Shown here piece after piece: positions 17,612 through 27,491 of a DNA stretch of 64,000 nt. The stretch lies in contig JAZUJW010000034.1 in NCBI GenBank assembly GCA_045642925.1, positions 1 to 64,000 of the forward strand, read 5' to 3'. A model generated the notes under the pieces. It searched no databases, had not been told where the DNA came from, and worked only from the letters and a program-made list of their open reading frames with translations. How positions within the stretch are numbered: position 1 is the stretch's first letter; the number at the start of each line of letters is the position of its first letter. The stretch comes from Oscillospiraceae bacterium. Its GTDB lineage: Bacteria; Bacillota; Clostridia; Oscillospirales; Ruminococcaceae. Made by a program: the position numbers and the translations under genes.

Positions 17612-18715
17612 ATGAAGATTATCGTAGAGGAGAACACCAAAGCCCTCGTTTTCCGTGACGGAAAACTCGTCACCCTGCTGAACACCGGCAAGTATCGGAT
17701 GTTCGGCAATATCTCGACCGAAGTCCTCGATATGCGGCAAAATGCCGAATCCATTCACTGCACACTCAAACAGCTCCTGAAGCTGCCCGAGTTTGCAAAT
17801 CAAGTCACCGTTCAGGAGGTTGGTGATGAGGAAATCGGCATCCATCTGCTGGACGGCAAATACAACAGCACCATCACAGCAGGGACGCACGCATTCTGGA
17901 ATGAGAATGGAACGCACACTTTCATTCTGGTAGATATGTCGAATCCCGAAATTCCAGACACCGTATCAAAAGCGCTCCTTCAAAAAATGCCCAAAAATCT
18001 TTACCATAAATTCGAAATACACGAATACGAGGTCGGCAGACTCTACTTCGACAACCAATTCATCAGACTGCTGAAACCCGGAACATATATGTTCTGGAAC
18101 GGCATCACAAAAGTCACTGCCGATGCCATCGACATCCGCTTGCAGCAGTTGAACCTGCAAACGCAGGAAATGCTGACGCAAGACAAAATCGAGGTACGAA
18201 CCAACTTCCTCTGCCACTATCGCATCACAGACTACATCAAAATCACGAACGAAATCGAAAACTACAAAGAACAAATCTACGCAGCAGCACAGCTTGCATT
18301 GCGCGAGTACATCAGCACGCACAAGCTCGACGAACTTCTCGAAGCCAAAGCGGAAATGGCTGAATATGTCCTTGCGGCATTGAAAGCCAAAGAAGCAAGC
18401 TACTTCGTAGAATTCGAAGATGCCGGCGTGAAAGACCTCATCCTGCCGGGCGAAATCCGCGACATCATGAACATGGTTCTGGTTGCGGAAAAACGCGCAC
18501 AAGCGAGCGTGATCACACGCCGTGAGGAGGTCGCCTCGACACGTTCTTTGCTGAACACAGCAAAGCTGATGGATGAAAACCAGACGCTCTACAAGCTGAA
18601 AGAGCTGGAGTATCTGGAACACATCTGTGAGAAGGTCGGGAACATCACATTGAACGGCAACGGTGATGTGCTGACACAGCTTGCAAATCTGGTCAATGCC
18701 CAGAAAAAAAGTTAA
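17612..18715 (+). CDS. SPFH/band-7 (slipin-like) family protein
   Basis: Duplicated N-terminal beta-rich segment, then a SPFH core and a C-terminal coiled-coil (ITRREEVASTRSLLNTAKLMDENQTLYKLKELEYLEHI). The RBS gggagg is present. A 5' leader of about 370 nt follows the upstream terminator. Confidence 0.7.
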   Translation: MKIIVEENTKALVFRDGKLVTLLNTGKYRMFGNISTEVLDMRQNAESIHCTLKQLLKLPEFANQVTVQEVGDEEIGIHLLDGKYNSTITAGTHAFWNENGTHTFILVDMSNPEIPDTVSKALLQKMPKNLYHKFEIHEYEVGRLYFDNQFIRLLKPGTYMFWNGITKVTADAIDIRLQQLNLQTQEMLTQDKIEVRTNFLCHYRITDYIKITNEIENYKEQIYAAAQLALREYISTHKLDELLEAKAEMAEYVLAALKAKEASYFVEFEDAGVKDLILPGEIRDIMNMVLVAEKRAQASVITRREEVASTRSLLNTAKLMDENQTLYKLKELEYLEHICEKVGNITLNGNGDVLTQLANLVNAQKKS

Positions 18716-18762
18716 TCAGCAAAAAACAAGCTGATACGGCAAAACGTATCAGCGTGTCTTTT

Positions 18763-19638
18763 TTATTTCAGAATATCGTGGTAGCAGTCGGGACGTCTGT
18801 CACGGAAAATGCCCCAGCAGAAACGGTCATTTTGCAGGTCATCCAAGTCGAATTCCTGTGTCAGAACCGTATCGCCCGTTTTTTGCGCTTCTACAACTAT
18901 CTTTCCAGTGTTGTCCGCAATAAATGACGAACCGAAGAAATTCAACGCAGAGGACTGATTTGCATTCTCCTCACAAGGCTTGACTTCTTCCAGACCGTAG
19001 CGGTTTGCAGCAATCACAGGCATCATATTCGTTGCCGCATGACCTTGCATGACACGCTGCCAATGTCCGATACTGTCCGTTTCCAGAATCGGTTCAGAGC
19101 CGATGGCAGTCGGGAAAAACAACAATTCTGCGCCATTATTCGCAAAACAGCGAGCCGTTTCCGCAAACCATTGATCCCAACAAATGCCGACACCGATGCG
19201 GGCATAGCGCGTATTCCAGACACGAAATCCAGTATTTCCGGGCGTAAAATAAAACTTCTCCTGATAGAAATGGTCATCAGGAATGTGCGTCTTGCGATAT
19301 ACGCCGAGGATAGAGCCATCTGCATCTATGATGGCAATGGAATTATAGAGAACATTTCCGTCACGCTCATAGAAGCTGATGGGGAGAACCACTTCGAGTT
19401 CTTTTGCAACTTTCTGAAAATGCAGAACTGCGTCATTTTCATTTAGTTGTTTTGCAAATTGATAATATTCATAACGGCGTTCCTGACAAAAATACTGCCG
19501 TTCAAAGAGTTCAGGCAATAGAATGATTTGGCTGCCATTTCTTGCGGCATCGCGCACAAGTGCATCTGCATGGTTTATATTTTCGGTCAGTGTGCCCAGG
19601 CAGGACATCTGAACCGCACCAACGGTTACTTTTCTCAT
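18763..19638 (-). CDS. aguB: N-carbamoylputrescine amidase (CN-hydrolase family)
   Basis: Nitrilase-superfamily signature (LPELF...; GVGICWDQWF). It follows aguA with a 4-bp overlap. Confidence 0.85.
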   Translation of the reverse strand: MRKVTVGAVQMSCLGTLTENINHADALVRDAARNGSQIILLPELFERQYFCQERRYEYYQFAKQLNENDAVLHFQKVAKELEVVLPISFYERDGNVLYNSIAIIDADGSILGVYRKTHIPDDHFYQEKFYFTPGNTGFRVWNTRYARIGVGICWDQWFAETARCFANNGAELLFFPTAIGSEPILETDSIGHWQRVMQGHAATNMMPVIAANRYGLEEVKPCEENANQSSALNFFGSSFIADNTGKIVVEAQKTGDTVLTQEFDLDDLQNDRFCWGIFRDRRPDCYHDILK

Positions 19639-20759
19639 AGAATCGCTCCTTTTGGTATTTGCTGTGTCAGGCAGTGAATGTTGCCGCCACCTTTGATCAG
19701 TTCAATCGCAGGAATGGGAATCACTGTGCGATTTGGACAAGCCTCTTGAACAATACGTAACGCACGAGCATCACTGTCAGCATTATCGCCGCCAAATTGC
19801 GGGAGCAAAATGCTGTGATTTGTAAAATAAAAATTCACATACGAAGCTGCCAGGCGCTCACCAATTTCACGTTGATCTTCGCCCTCTGCAAAGGTCATTC
19901 CGGCAATATCATCAGCCGTAAAGCACACAGGAACATCTGGGATAGGCAGCTTATGAATCTTGATTTTACGTCCTTTTGCATCCGTCTGAGCATTCAGATA
20001 CTCAAAGCAAGCTTTCGAAAGCGGATACTGTGGGTCAGTCTCATCATCCGTCCAGGCAAGCAGTACTTCAGCCGAATTGATAAAACAGCAAACATTGTCA
20101 ACGTGCTCATTTGTCTCGTCATTATAAATGCCGCGCGGCAGCCACAGTACCTTTTCGCCGCCCAGATAATCACAGAGAGTCTGCGAAATCTGTTCTTTTG
20201 TCATCTGTGGGTTACGCCCGCCACTGAGCAAACAACTTTCCGTGACCATCAGTGTACCTTCGCCGTCAGAATGAATCGAGCCGCCTTCCAGCACAAAATG
20301 CTGCGCATCATAGCAGTCAAGATGCAACGATTCACAAAACTTCGCAGCTACGGCATTATCCTGTTCGTAATCTGCATAAAGTCCATCATAGTCGCCGCCC
20401 CATGCATTAAACTGCCAGTCAATGCCTCTGACCAAATTTTGCGAATTCACAACAAAAGTTGGCCCGGTATCACGCGCCCATGCATCATCCTGTGGGATGT
20501 CTAAGAGTGTAACATTTTTAATATTAGAAAGATATTGCTCAGCACGATTTCGAACACGAGAATTGCACAAGACAAAAACACGCTCATCCTTTGAAATTGC
20601 TTCAATCATTTGCGCAAATATCTCAGCCGCAGGAATCGCATCTTCGCGCCACGAGCCAGGTCTGTCAGGAAAAATCATGAGGCATCCGTCATGCTCCGCA
20701 TATTCTGCCGGCATATAAAAGCCATCGTTTTTCGGCTTTGATACGAGTTTTTTCATCAT
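19635..20759 (-). CDS. aguA: Agmatine deiminase
   Basis: Porphyromonas-type peptidylarginine deiminase fold motifs (DGFYMPAEYAEHDGCLMIFP ... GGNIHCLTQQIP, with the catalytic Cys near the C-terminus). Confidence 0.85.
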   Translation of the reverse strand: MMKKLVSKPKNDGFYMPAEYAEHDGCLMIFPDRPGSWREDAIPAAEIFAQMIEAISKDERVFVLCNSRVRNRAEQYLSNIKNVTLLDIPQDDAWARDTGPTFVVNSQNLVRGIDWQFNAWGGDYDGLYADYEQDNAVAAKFCESLHLDCYDAQHFVLEGGSIHSDGEGTLMVTESCLLSGGRNPQMTKEQISQTLCDYLGGEKVLWLPRGIYNDETNEHVDNVCCFINSAEVLLAWTDDETDPQYPLSKACFEYLNAQTDAKGRKIKIHKLPIPDVPVCFTADDIAGMTFAEGEDQREIGERLAASYVNFYFTNHSILLPQFGGDNADSDARALRIVQEACPNRTVIPIPAIELIKGGGNIHCLTQQIPKGAIL

Positions 20760-21898
20760 GACAGCCTTCCTTTGAAATCTTCATAGCCGAAGCGTTTGAT
20801 TGTTTCATATGTTCCATCGGTGTGAAGTATACCAATCTCGGGCAATGGCATTCCATTGAATGTATTATTTTTTACCATTGAATAGATTGCCATATCTTCA
20901 AAGCAGAGACGATCGCCGATATTCAGCGGTTCATCAAAGCTGTAATCTCCGATCACATCGCCCGCCAGACAAGTGCAGGACGAAAGTCTGTAGGTATGTG
21001 TTTTTTCTTCCTTTTCGCCAGATAAAAACAGCGGTGGGCGATATGGCATTTCCAATACATCAGGCATATGACACGCCGCAGATGTGTCTAATATTGCGAT
21101 ATCCATGCCATTATGCACAATTTCTTGAATCTCAGTTACCATATATCCCGCATTCAATGCGACCGCTTCCCCCGGTTCAAGATATACGGTAACATCGTAT
21201 TTCCGTTGAAAATCAATAATTAATTGTTCGAGAAGTGCTATGTCATAGTCCTTGCGTGTGATGTGATGTCCGCCGCCAAAATTCACCCACTTGCATTGTT
21301 TTAGATATTTACCAAACTTTTCTTCAACGCTTTTCAGCGTCACCGCAAGATCGTTCGAATTTTGTTCGCAAAGTGTATGAAAATGAATGCCATCCACGCC
21401 TTCAAATGCTGACGCATCAAAATTTGCGATTGGCACGCCAAGTCTGGAGTATGGTGCGCAAGGGTCATAGATATCGCCATGCTGCTGCGTAGAACATTCA
21501 GGATTGATTCGAATCCCGATACTTTTTCCCGCGCATTTCGCACGGTATTTTTCAAGTTGTGAAAACGAATTAAATACAATATGGTCTGATTTTGCTACAA
21601 TTTCATCAAATTCATTTTCTTTATATGCGGGAGAAAAAACGTGTACCTCCCCCGCAAATTCTTCCCGTCCAAGCCTAGCTTCATAAAGACCGCTTGCTGT
21701 CGTTCCGGCAAGATATTGACTTATCATGGGATAAAGTGCAAAAGCGGAGAATGCTTTCTGCGCAAGCAAAATACGACACCCTGTATGTTCCTGCACTGAT
21801 TTTAAAATTTCCAGATTGTATAGCAATTTCGTTTCATCAATAACATAGCAGGGTGTTTGTACCTTTTCCAGTGCCGGAGAAACCACTCTGTGCATCAT
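20756..21898 (-). CDS. nspC: Carboxynorspermidine/carboxyspermidine decarboxylase
   Basis: 380 aa PLP-dependent decarboxylase fold with a CANSDC-type N-terminus (QTPCYVIDETKLLYNLEIL). It is adjacent to the CASDH gene. Confidence 0.8.
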   Translation of the reverse strand: MMHRVVSPALEKVQTPCYVIDETKLLYNLEILKSVQEHTGCRILLAQKAFSAFALYPMISQYLAGTTASGLYEARLGREEFAGEVHVFSPAYKENEFDEIVAKSDHIVFNSFSQLEKYRAKCAGKSIGIRINPECSTQQHGDIYDPCAPYSRLGVPIANFDASAFEGVDGIHFHTLCEQNSNDLAVTLKSVEEKFGKYLKQCKWVNFGGGHHITRKDYDIALLEQLIIDFQRKYDVTVYLEPGEAVALNAGYMVTEIQEIVHNGMDIAILDTSAACHMPDVLEMPYRPPLFLSGEKEEKTHTYRLSSCTCLAGDVIGDYSFDEPLNIGDRLCFEDMAIYSMVKNNTFNGMPLPEIGILHTDGTYETIKRFGYEDFKGRLS

Positions 21899-23151
21899 TA
21901 ATCCACCAAAATCGGGTTTTCAACCACTTTCCAGGGCAGACCATACTTGTTCAGCGCATCCATGTACGGATCCGGATCAAATTCTTCCACATTAAACACG
22001 CCCGCACCGCTCCAAGTACCGCTTGCAACCATCGCAGTGCCAATCATGGCAGGCACACCAGTGGTGTACGATACCGCCTGTGCGCCGGTTTCCTTATATG
22101 CTTCCTGATGATCACATACATTGTAAATGTAGATAGTACGTTCTTTTCCATCCTTGACACCACGATAGATGCAACCAATATTGGTCTTGCCGACCGTGCG
22201 TGGGCCAAGCGATGCGGGATCAGGAAGGAGCGCTTTCAGGAACTTGATCGGGACAATCTCGTGACCTTCAAATTGTATCGGAGTTGTACCAAGCATTCCG
22301 ACATTTTGCAGACAGTTCATATGCGTCAGGTAGCTCTGACCGAATGTCATGAAGAAGCGAATGCGCTTTACTCCAGGTATATTCTTTGCTAAGGACTCGA
22401 TTTCCTCATGGTGCAGCAGGTACATATCTTTCATGCCGACACCCTCAAAATTGTACTCCCGCTTGATTTCCATAGGCTTCGTTTCAACCCAGTGACCATC
22501 TTCCCAATACGAACCGTTTGCAGAAACCTCACGCAAATTGATTTCGGGGTTAAAATTCGTGGCAAACGGATAACCATGGTCGCCGCCATTGCAGTCGAGA
22601 ATATCAATGTAATTAATTTCATCAAAATAGTGTTTCAACGCATATGCTGTATAAACAGAAGTTACGCCAGGATCGAAACCGGTGCCGAGCAAAGCAGTAA
22701 GACCGGCTTCCTTGAATCTATCCTGATATGCCCACTGCCACGAGTAATCAAAATATGCGGTGAAGCCTTTTTCCTTGCAGCGTTGCTCATAAATTTTGCG
22801 CCATGCAGGATCGTCAGTATCCTCAGCTTCATAATTCGCTGTATCTACGTAGTTTGCGCCGCAAGCGAGGCAAGCATCCATGATGACAAGATCCTGATAA
22901 GGCAGAGCCACATTCAGAACCGTATGCGGCTGAAATTTACGCATCAGCGTGGTTAATGATTCAAAGCTATCTGCATCGACCTTAGCTGTTGATAATCTTG
23001 CAGATGTTTTCGGCTGCAATTTTGCCACAAGTGCGTCACATTTTGAAACTGTTCTGCTGGCAATACAAATCTCAGTAAATACTGGATTTTCACAGCATTT
23101 GTGAATTGCGACTGTCGCAACACCGCCGCATCCGATGACCAATAATTTCAT
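21898..23151 (-). CDS. Carboxynorspermidine/carboxyspermidine dehydrogenase (saccharopine dehydrogenase family)
   Basis: NAD-binding N-terminus (MKLLVIGCGGVATVAIHKC), 417 aa, paired with nspC. Confidence 0.8.
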   Translation of the reverse strand: MKLLVIGCGGVATVAIHKCCENPVFTEICIASRTVSKCDALVAKLQPKTSARLSTAKVDADSFESLTTLMRKFQPHTVLNVALPYQDLVIMDACLACGANYVDTANYEAEDTDDPAWRKIYEQRCKEKGFTAYFDYSWQWAYQDRFKEAGLTALLGTGFDPGVTSVYTAYALKHYFDEINYIDILDCNGGDHGYPFATNFNPEINLREVSANGSYWEDGHWVETKPMEIKREYNFEGVGMKDMYLLHHEEIESLAKNIPGVKRIRFFMTFGQSYLTHMNCLQNVGMLGTTPIQFEGHEIVPIKFLKALLPDPASLGPRTVGKTNIGCIYRGVKDGKERTIYIYNVCDHQEAYKETGAQAVSYTTGVPAMIGTAMVASGTWSGAGVFNVEEFDPDPYMDALNKYGLPWKVVENPILVD

Positions 23152-23198
23152 ATAGAATGCCCTCCAATGTAATTATATTTTTTAGCGTATCGCAATTT

Positions 23199-24053
23199 TT
23201 AGCGTTCTTCTTCAATCAGCATATCTTCCACATATTTTGGCAGCATGAATGCCCCACAATGTAGATTTGCCGAATAATACCACGTTTTCAATCCACGCGC
23301 TTTCCACCTATTTGCGTCAAAATCCCGTATCGGGTGGTACTTTTTCGAGGCAAAGCCAAAAAGCCAATAGCCCGAAGGACAGGTCGGAATATGCGCCTGA
23401 TACACGCGGGAAATCGGAAAACTACGGAATGCCTTTCGGTGCATCGCACGGCAAGCATCCTCGTCCTCATCAAAAAACGGGCTGCCATGCTGATAAACCA
23501 TGATACCGTCGTCTTTTAGTGCCTTAAAGCAGCTTCCGTAGAACTCCTTCGTAAACAGTCCCGCCGTGTGACCGAGCGGATCGGTGCTGTCGTTAATAAT
23601 TAAATCATATTCATCTTGCCGTCCACGCAGAAACCGCAGACCGTCACGATAGCAGATGGAAACACGCGGATCATCCAAACCACGCGCATTATCTGGAAAA
23701 TACTCACGGCAAACCTTCACAAACATCTCGTCAGCCTCGACCACGTCAATGGCTTCAATTTCGTCATAATACGAAAGTTCCCGCGCAACGCCGCCGTCGC
23801 CGCCGCCAATGACCAGCACGCGCCGAACGTGCGGATGCACCGCCATCGGAACGTGTACAATCATTTCATCATACGTAAATTCGTCCTTTTCGGAGAAAAT
23901 CACGCTGCCGTCCGAGGTCAGGAAGCGTCCGAATTCTTCCGATTCGAACACGTCAATGCGCTGAAAGTCACTCGTACCGCTGAACAATTGTTTTTCCACT
24001 CGAATCGACATTTTCACGTTATTCGTGTGCATTTCCGAGAACCAAAAGTCCAT
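23199..24053 (-). CDS. speE: Spermidine synthase (aminopropyltransferase)
   Basis: MDFWFSE ... VLVIGGGDGGVARE signature of spermidine/spermine synthases. Confidence 0.9.
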   Translation of the reverse strand: MDFWFSEMHTNNVKMSIRVEKQLFSGTSDFQRIDVFESEEFGRFLTSDGSVIFSEKDEFTYDEMIVHVPMAVHPHVRRVLVIGGGDGGVARELSYYDEIEAIDVVEADEMFVKVCREYFPDNARGLDDPRVSICYRDGLRFLRGRQDEYDLIINDSTDPLGHTAGLFTKEFYGSCFKALKDDGIMVYQHGSPFFDEDEDACRAMHRKAFRSFPISRVYQAHIPTCPSGYWLFGFASKKYHPIRDFDANRWKARGLKTWYYSANLHCGAFMLPKYVEDMLIEEER

Positions 24054-24055
24054 CG

Positions 24056-25516
24056 TCAGACCTCCTCCAGCACGTTCAGATAATTCAGTTCACCATCTTC
24101 CGGTCCCTGCATCGAACAGCCTTTTTCTTTTGAATAAAGAATATACTCAACTAATTCCCTCGTGACCATTTCGCCCGGTGCCAGAATCGGGATTCCCGGT
24201 GGATAGCACATGACAAATTCGCCGCAGATGCGCCCTGCCGCCTGTCGGATCGGCACAAGCTCTTTTTCAGCATAGAACGCCTGACGCGGCGTTGCGATTA
24301 CGGTCGGGTCAATGCATTCCGCATTGTGAATCTTTGTGATTTTTCGCGTATACAGGCGCTTTATATCTTCCAGCGCACCGACAAGACGTTCAATATCCTG
24401 AATGCGGTCTCCGATGGAAATATACGCCAGAATGTTTCCGATATCGCCGAATTCAATCTGAATGTCATATTCATCACGAAGCAAATCGTAGACTTCGATA
24501 CCCGTCAAACCGATATCACGCGTGTAGACAGACAGCTTCGTGACATCATAATCGCACACGGTTTTATTGTTAATTAAATCTTTTCCGTATGCATAATACC
24601 CGCCAATGGAATTGATTTCCTCTCGCGCATATTCTGCCATCGCCGCCACTTTTTCGAAGGATTCCTTCCCGCGCAGGGCAAGATTTCGGCGCGAAATGTC
24701 CAGACTGGACAGCAGCAGATACGAAGCGCTCGTTGTCTGCGTCAGATTGATGATTTGCTCGACGTAGCGTGGATTTACAGTATCTCCAAGCAGCAGCAGC
24801 GAGCTTTGCGTCAGACTGCCGCCCGATTTGTGCATCGAAATCGCCGCCATATCCGCGCCTGCCTCCATTGCAGAAACGGGCAGCGTATCCGAAAAATACA
24901 GATGTGTGCCATGTGCTTCATCCACCAGCACCATCATTTCATGTTCATGTGCTAACTTAACGATTGCTTGCAAATCCGAGCAAATACCGTAATATGTCGG
25001 ATTGTTGACAAATACTGCCTTTGCATCGGGATAACGCAGGATCGCCTGCTTGACGGCTTCCAGTTCCATGCCCAGCGCAATTCCGATGTGGTCATCAACC
25101 GCAGGATTGACATAGACAGGCACAGCTCCATTGAGTACCAGTGCGTTTATCACGCTTTTATGTACATTTCGCGGCAGAATGATTTTGTCGCCTTCTTTAC
25201 ACGCGGTCAGAATCATTGCCTGCACGGCGGAAGTCGTTCCGCCAATCATAAAATAGGCGTGCGCTGCGCCGAATGCATCCGCCGCAAGGGCTTCTGCCTG
25301 CGCAATGACCGAAACAGGGTGGCAGAGATTATCCAGTGGTTTCATCGAATTTACGTCAATTCCAACGCACTGTTCTCCCAGCAGCTTGACCAGTTCGGGA
25401 TTTCCGCGCCCCCGCTTGTGTCCGGGCACGTCAAACGGCACCACGCGCTGCCGCCGAAAACGCTCCAACGCCTCATAAAGGGGCGCTGATTTTTGCTGTT
25501 CGAGATCCATAAGCAT
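24056..25516 (-). CDS. speA: Arginine decarboxylase (Orn/Lys/Arg decarboxylase family, PLP fold type I)
   Basis: 486 aa OKR_DC_1-type sequence (FDVPGHKRG...). It is the first gene of the polyamine operon. Confidence 0.8.
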   Translation of the reverse strand: MLMDLEQQKSAPLYEALERFRRQRVVPFDVPGHKRGRGNPELVKLLGEQCVGIDVNSMKPLDNLCHPVSVIAQAEALAADAFGAAHAYFMIGGTTSAVQAMILTACKEGDKIILPRNVHKSVINALVLNGAVPVYVNPAVDDHIGIALGMELEAVKQAILRYPDAKAVFVNNPTYYGICSDLQAIVKLAHEHEMMVLVDEAHGTHLYFSDTLPVSAMEAGADMAAISMHKSGGSLTQSSLLLLGDTVNPRYVEQIINLTQTTSASYLLLSSLDISRRNLALRGKESFEKVAAMAEYAREEINSIGGYYAYGKDLINNKTVCDYDVTKLSVYTRDIGLTGIEVYDLLRDEYDIQIEFGDIGNILAYISIGDRIQDIERLVGALEDIKRLYTRKITKIHNAECIDPTVIATPRQAFYAEKELVPIRQAAGRICGEFVMCYPPGIPILAPGEMVTRELVEYILYSKEKGCSMQGPEDGELNYLNVLEEV

Positions 25517-25568
25517 TTCCGTCCTTATGATTCAACATTCTCATGATGCTTTTCGCATCATGCCATTT

Positions 25569-27122
25569 TCAAATGATTTTGGTCGTCCAGTCTTCCAGAC
25601 TCCAGATTTCGTCCGCCACATCCATATAGAATTCAGGTTCGTGGCTGACCAGCAGCACCGTGCCGCGGTACGCACGCACGGCTTCCTTCAGTGCTTCCTT
25701 TGCATCCACATCAAGATGGTTTGTCGGCTCGTCCAATACAAGCAGATTCACGCTTTTCAGCATGACTCTGCACAGACGCACCTTCGCGTTTTCGCCGCCC
25801 GACAGCACTTTCATCTGCGAGGTGATATGCTCTGTGGTCAGTCCGCACTTGGCAAGCGCCGCACGGACTTCGCCGTTGGTCATGGCAGGAAACGCATCCC
25901 AGATGGTTTGCAGGGCAGTTTGCGATGTCGCTTCTTCTTCCTGTTCGAAGTAGCCAAAGTCCACAAACTGGTCATGTTCCACCGTTCCGCTGACGGGCGG
26001 AATCAATTTCAGGAGGGTTTTCAACAGTGTTGATTTACCCAGACCGTTTACGCCGCGAATTGCAATTTTCTGTCCGCATTCCACTTTCAGCGAAACAGGA
26101 CGTGTCAGCGGCTCACCGTAGCCAAGCACCAGATCTTTGCACTCGATGACTACGCGACCGGGCGTTCTTGCAGACGCAAATGAAAAAGTCGGCTTGATTT
26201 TTTCTGCGGCAAGCGTGACCTTTTCCATTTTGTCCAGCTTTTTCTGACGGGATTTCGCCATATTTGTAGTTGCGACACGCGCCTTGTTGCGGGCGATGAA
26301 GTCCTCAAGATCAGCGATTTCCTTCTGTTGTTTTTCGTATGCCTGTTCGAGCTGCTTTTTCTTCAGCTCATGCATCCGCAGGAAATTCTCATAATCACCT
26401 GCATAGCGCGTCAATACGGCATTTTCAACATGATACACCACATTGACGACATCATTCATGAAAGAGGTGTCATGTGATACCAGAATAAACGCATTTTCGT
26501 AATTTTGTAGGAAGTTTTTCAGCCATGCGATATGATTCTCGTCAAGGAAGTTTGTCGGTTCATCGAGAATCAGGATCATCGGATTTTCAAGTAAAACCTT
26601 TGCAAGCAACACTTTCGCACGCTGACCGCCCGAAAGCTCTGCCACATCACGGTCAAGACCGATCTCACCGAGTCCAAGCCCGTTCGCATACTCTGAAATC
26701 TTCGCATCTATGGTATAATAGCCGCTGTAATCGAGGATGCTCTGAATTTCTCCGACATCCTCCATTGCGGCGGCGAGTTCTTCCTCCGTGCAGTCGCCCA
26801 TTTTATCATAAAGACCGAGCATTTCCTGTTCGAGTTCTTCGAGATGGGCAAATGCCTCGCGCAGCACATCCGCAATCGTTTTGCCTTTTTGGAGTGTGCT
26901 GAACTGGTCAAGGTAGCCTGTGGTGATATGTCTGCACCACTCGATTTTGCCTTCATCAGGCATCAACTTGCCTGTGATGATGTTGAGAAATGTGGATTTA
27001 CCTTCGCCATTCGCACCGACCAATCCAACGTGTTCGCCTTTCAGCAAGCGAAAGGACGCATCATTCAAAATTTGTCTTGCGCCGAAGCCGTGTGTAACGT
27101 GCTCGACATTTAAAATACTCAT
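25569..27122 (-). CDS. ABC-F family ATPase (two tandem ABC domains, no TMD; translation factor/EttA-like)
   Basis: Two Walker A motifs (GANGEGKST; GVNGLGKST) and two signature motifs (LSGGQRAKV; LSGGENAKV) separated by a charged linker. Confidence 0.85.
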   Translation of the reverse strand: MSILNVEHVTHGFGARQILNDASFRLLKGEHVGLVGANGEGKSTFLNIITGKLMPDEGKIEWCRHITTGYLDQFSTLQKGKTIADVLREAFAHLEELEQEMLGLYDKMGDCTEEELAAAMEDVGEIQSILDYSGYYTIDAKISEYANGLGLGEIGLDRDVAELSGGQRAKVLLAKVLLENPMILILDEPTNFLDENHIAWLKNFLQNYENAFILVSHDTSFMNDVVNVVYHVENAVLTRYAGDYENFLRMHELKKKQLEQAYEKQQKEIADLEDFIARNKARVATTNMAKSRQKKLDKMEKVTLAAEKIKPTFSFASARTPGRVVIECKDLVLGYGEPLTRPVSLKVECGQKIAIRGVNGLGKSTLLKTLLKLIPPVSGTVEHDQFVDFGYFEQEEEATSQTALQTIWDAFPAMTNGEVRAALAKCGLTTEHITSQMKVLSGGENAKVRLCRVMLKSVNLLVLDEPTNHLDVDAKEALKEAVRAYRGTVLLVSHEPEFYMDVADEIWSLEDWTTKII

Positions 27123-27143
27123 GCGGGCAATCTCCGTCCTGTC

Positions 27144-27419
27144 TTATGCATCCTGTTGTTCCTGCGGTGCTTGTTGCGCCTGCTGCTGCACATTGCTCAT
27201 TGCCAGTGCTTTCATTTCGCGGAACAATTCCACGTCATCGGGTGTCACTTTGATATTGGCAAGAATCTCCTCGCCGTCTGCGTTCTTGATTTTCACTTCA
27301 ATCACCGTGCCTTCGCCGACATAACTGCCCGCCACGGAAATAAAGCGCAGAAACTTCGGATGGTTCTCGCGGAATTTTTCAAGCAGTCCTTTCAATTTGA
27401 AAACGGACAATGGATTCAT
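27144..27419 (-). CDS. Hypothetical small acidic protein (91 aa)
   Basis: Strong RBS aaaggag. Located between ClpE and the ABC-F gene. No family recognised. Confidence 0.5.
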   Translation of the reverse strand: MNPLSVFKLKGLLEKFRENHPKFLRFISVAGSYVGEGTVIEVKIKNADGEEILANIKVTPDDVELFREMKALAMSNVQQQAQQAPQEQQDA

Positions 27420-27491
27420 ATATCAAATACTCCTTTTGCAAAAGAAACCGACATCCTCCCCTCGGAGAATGTCGATTTTCTCGTAATTCAG

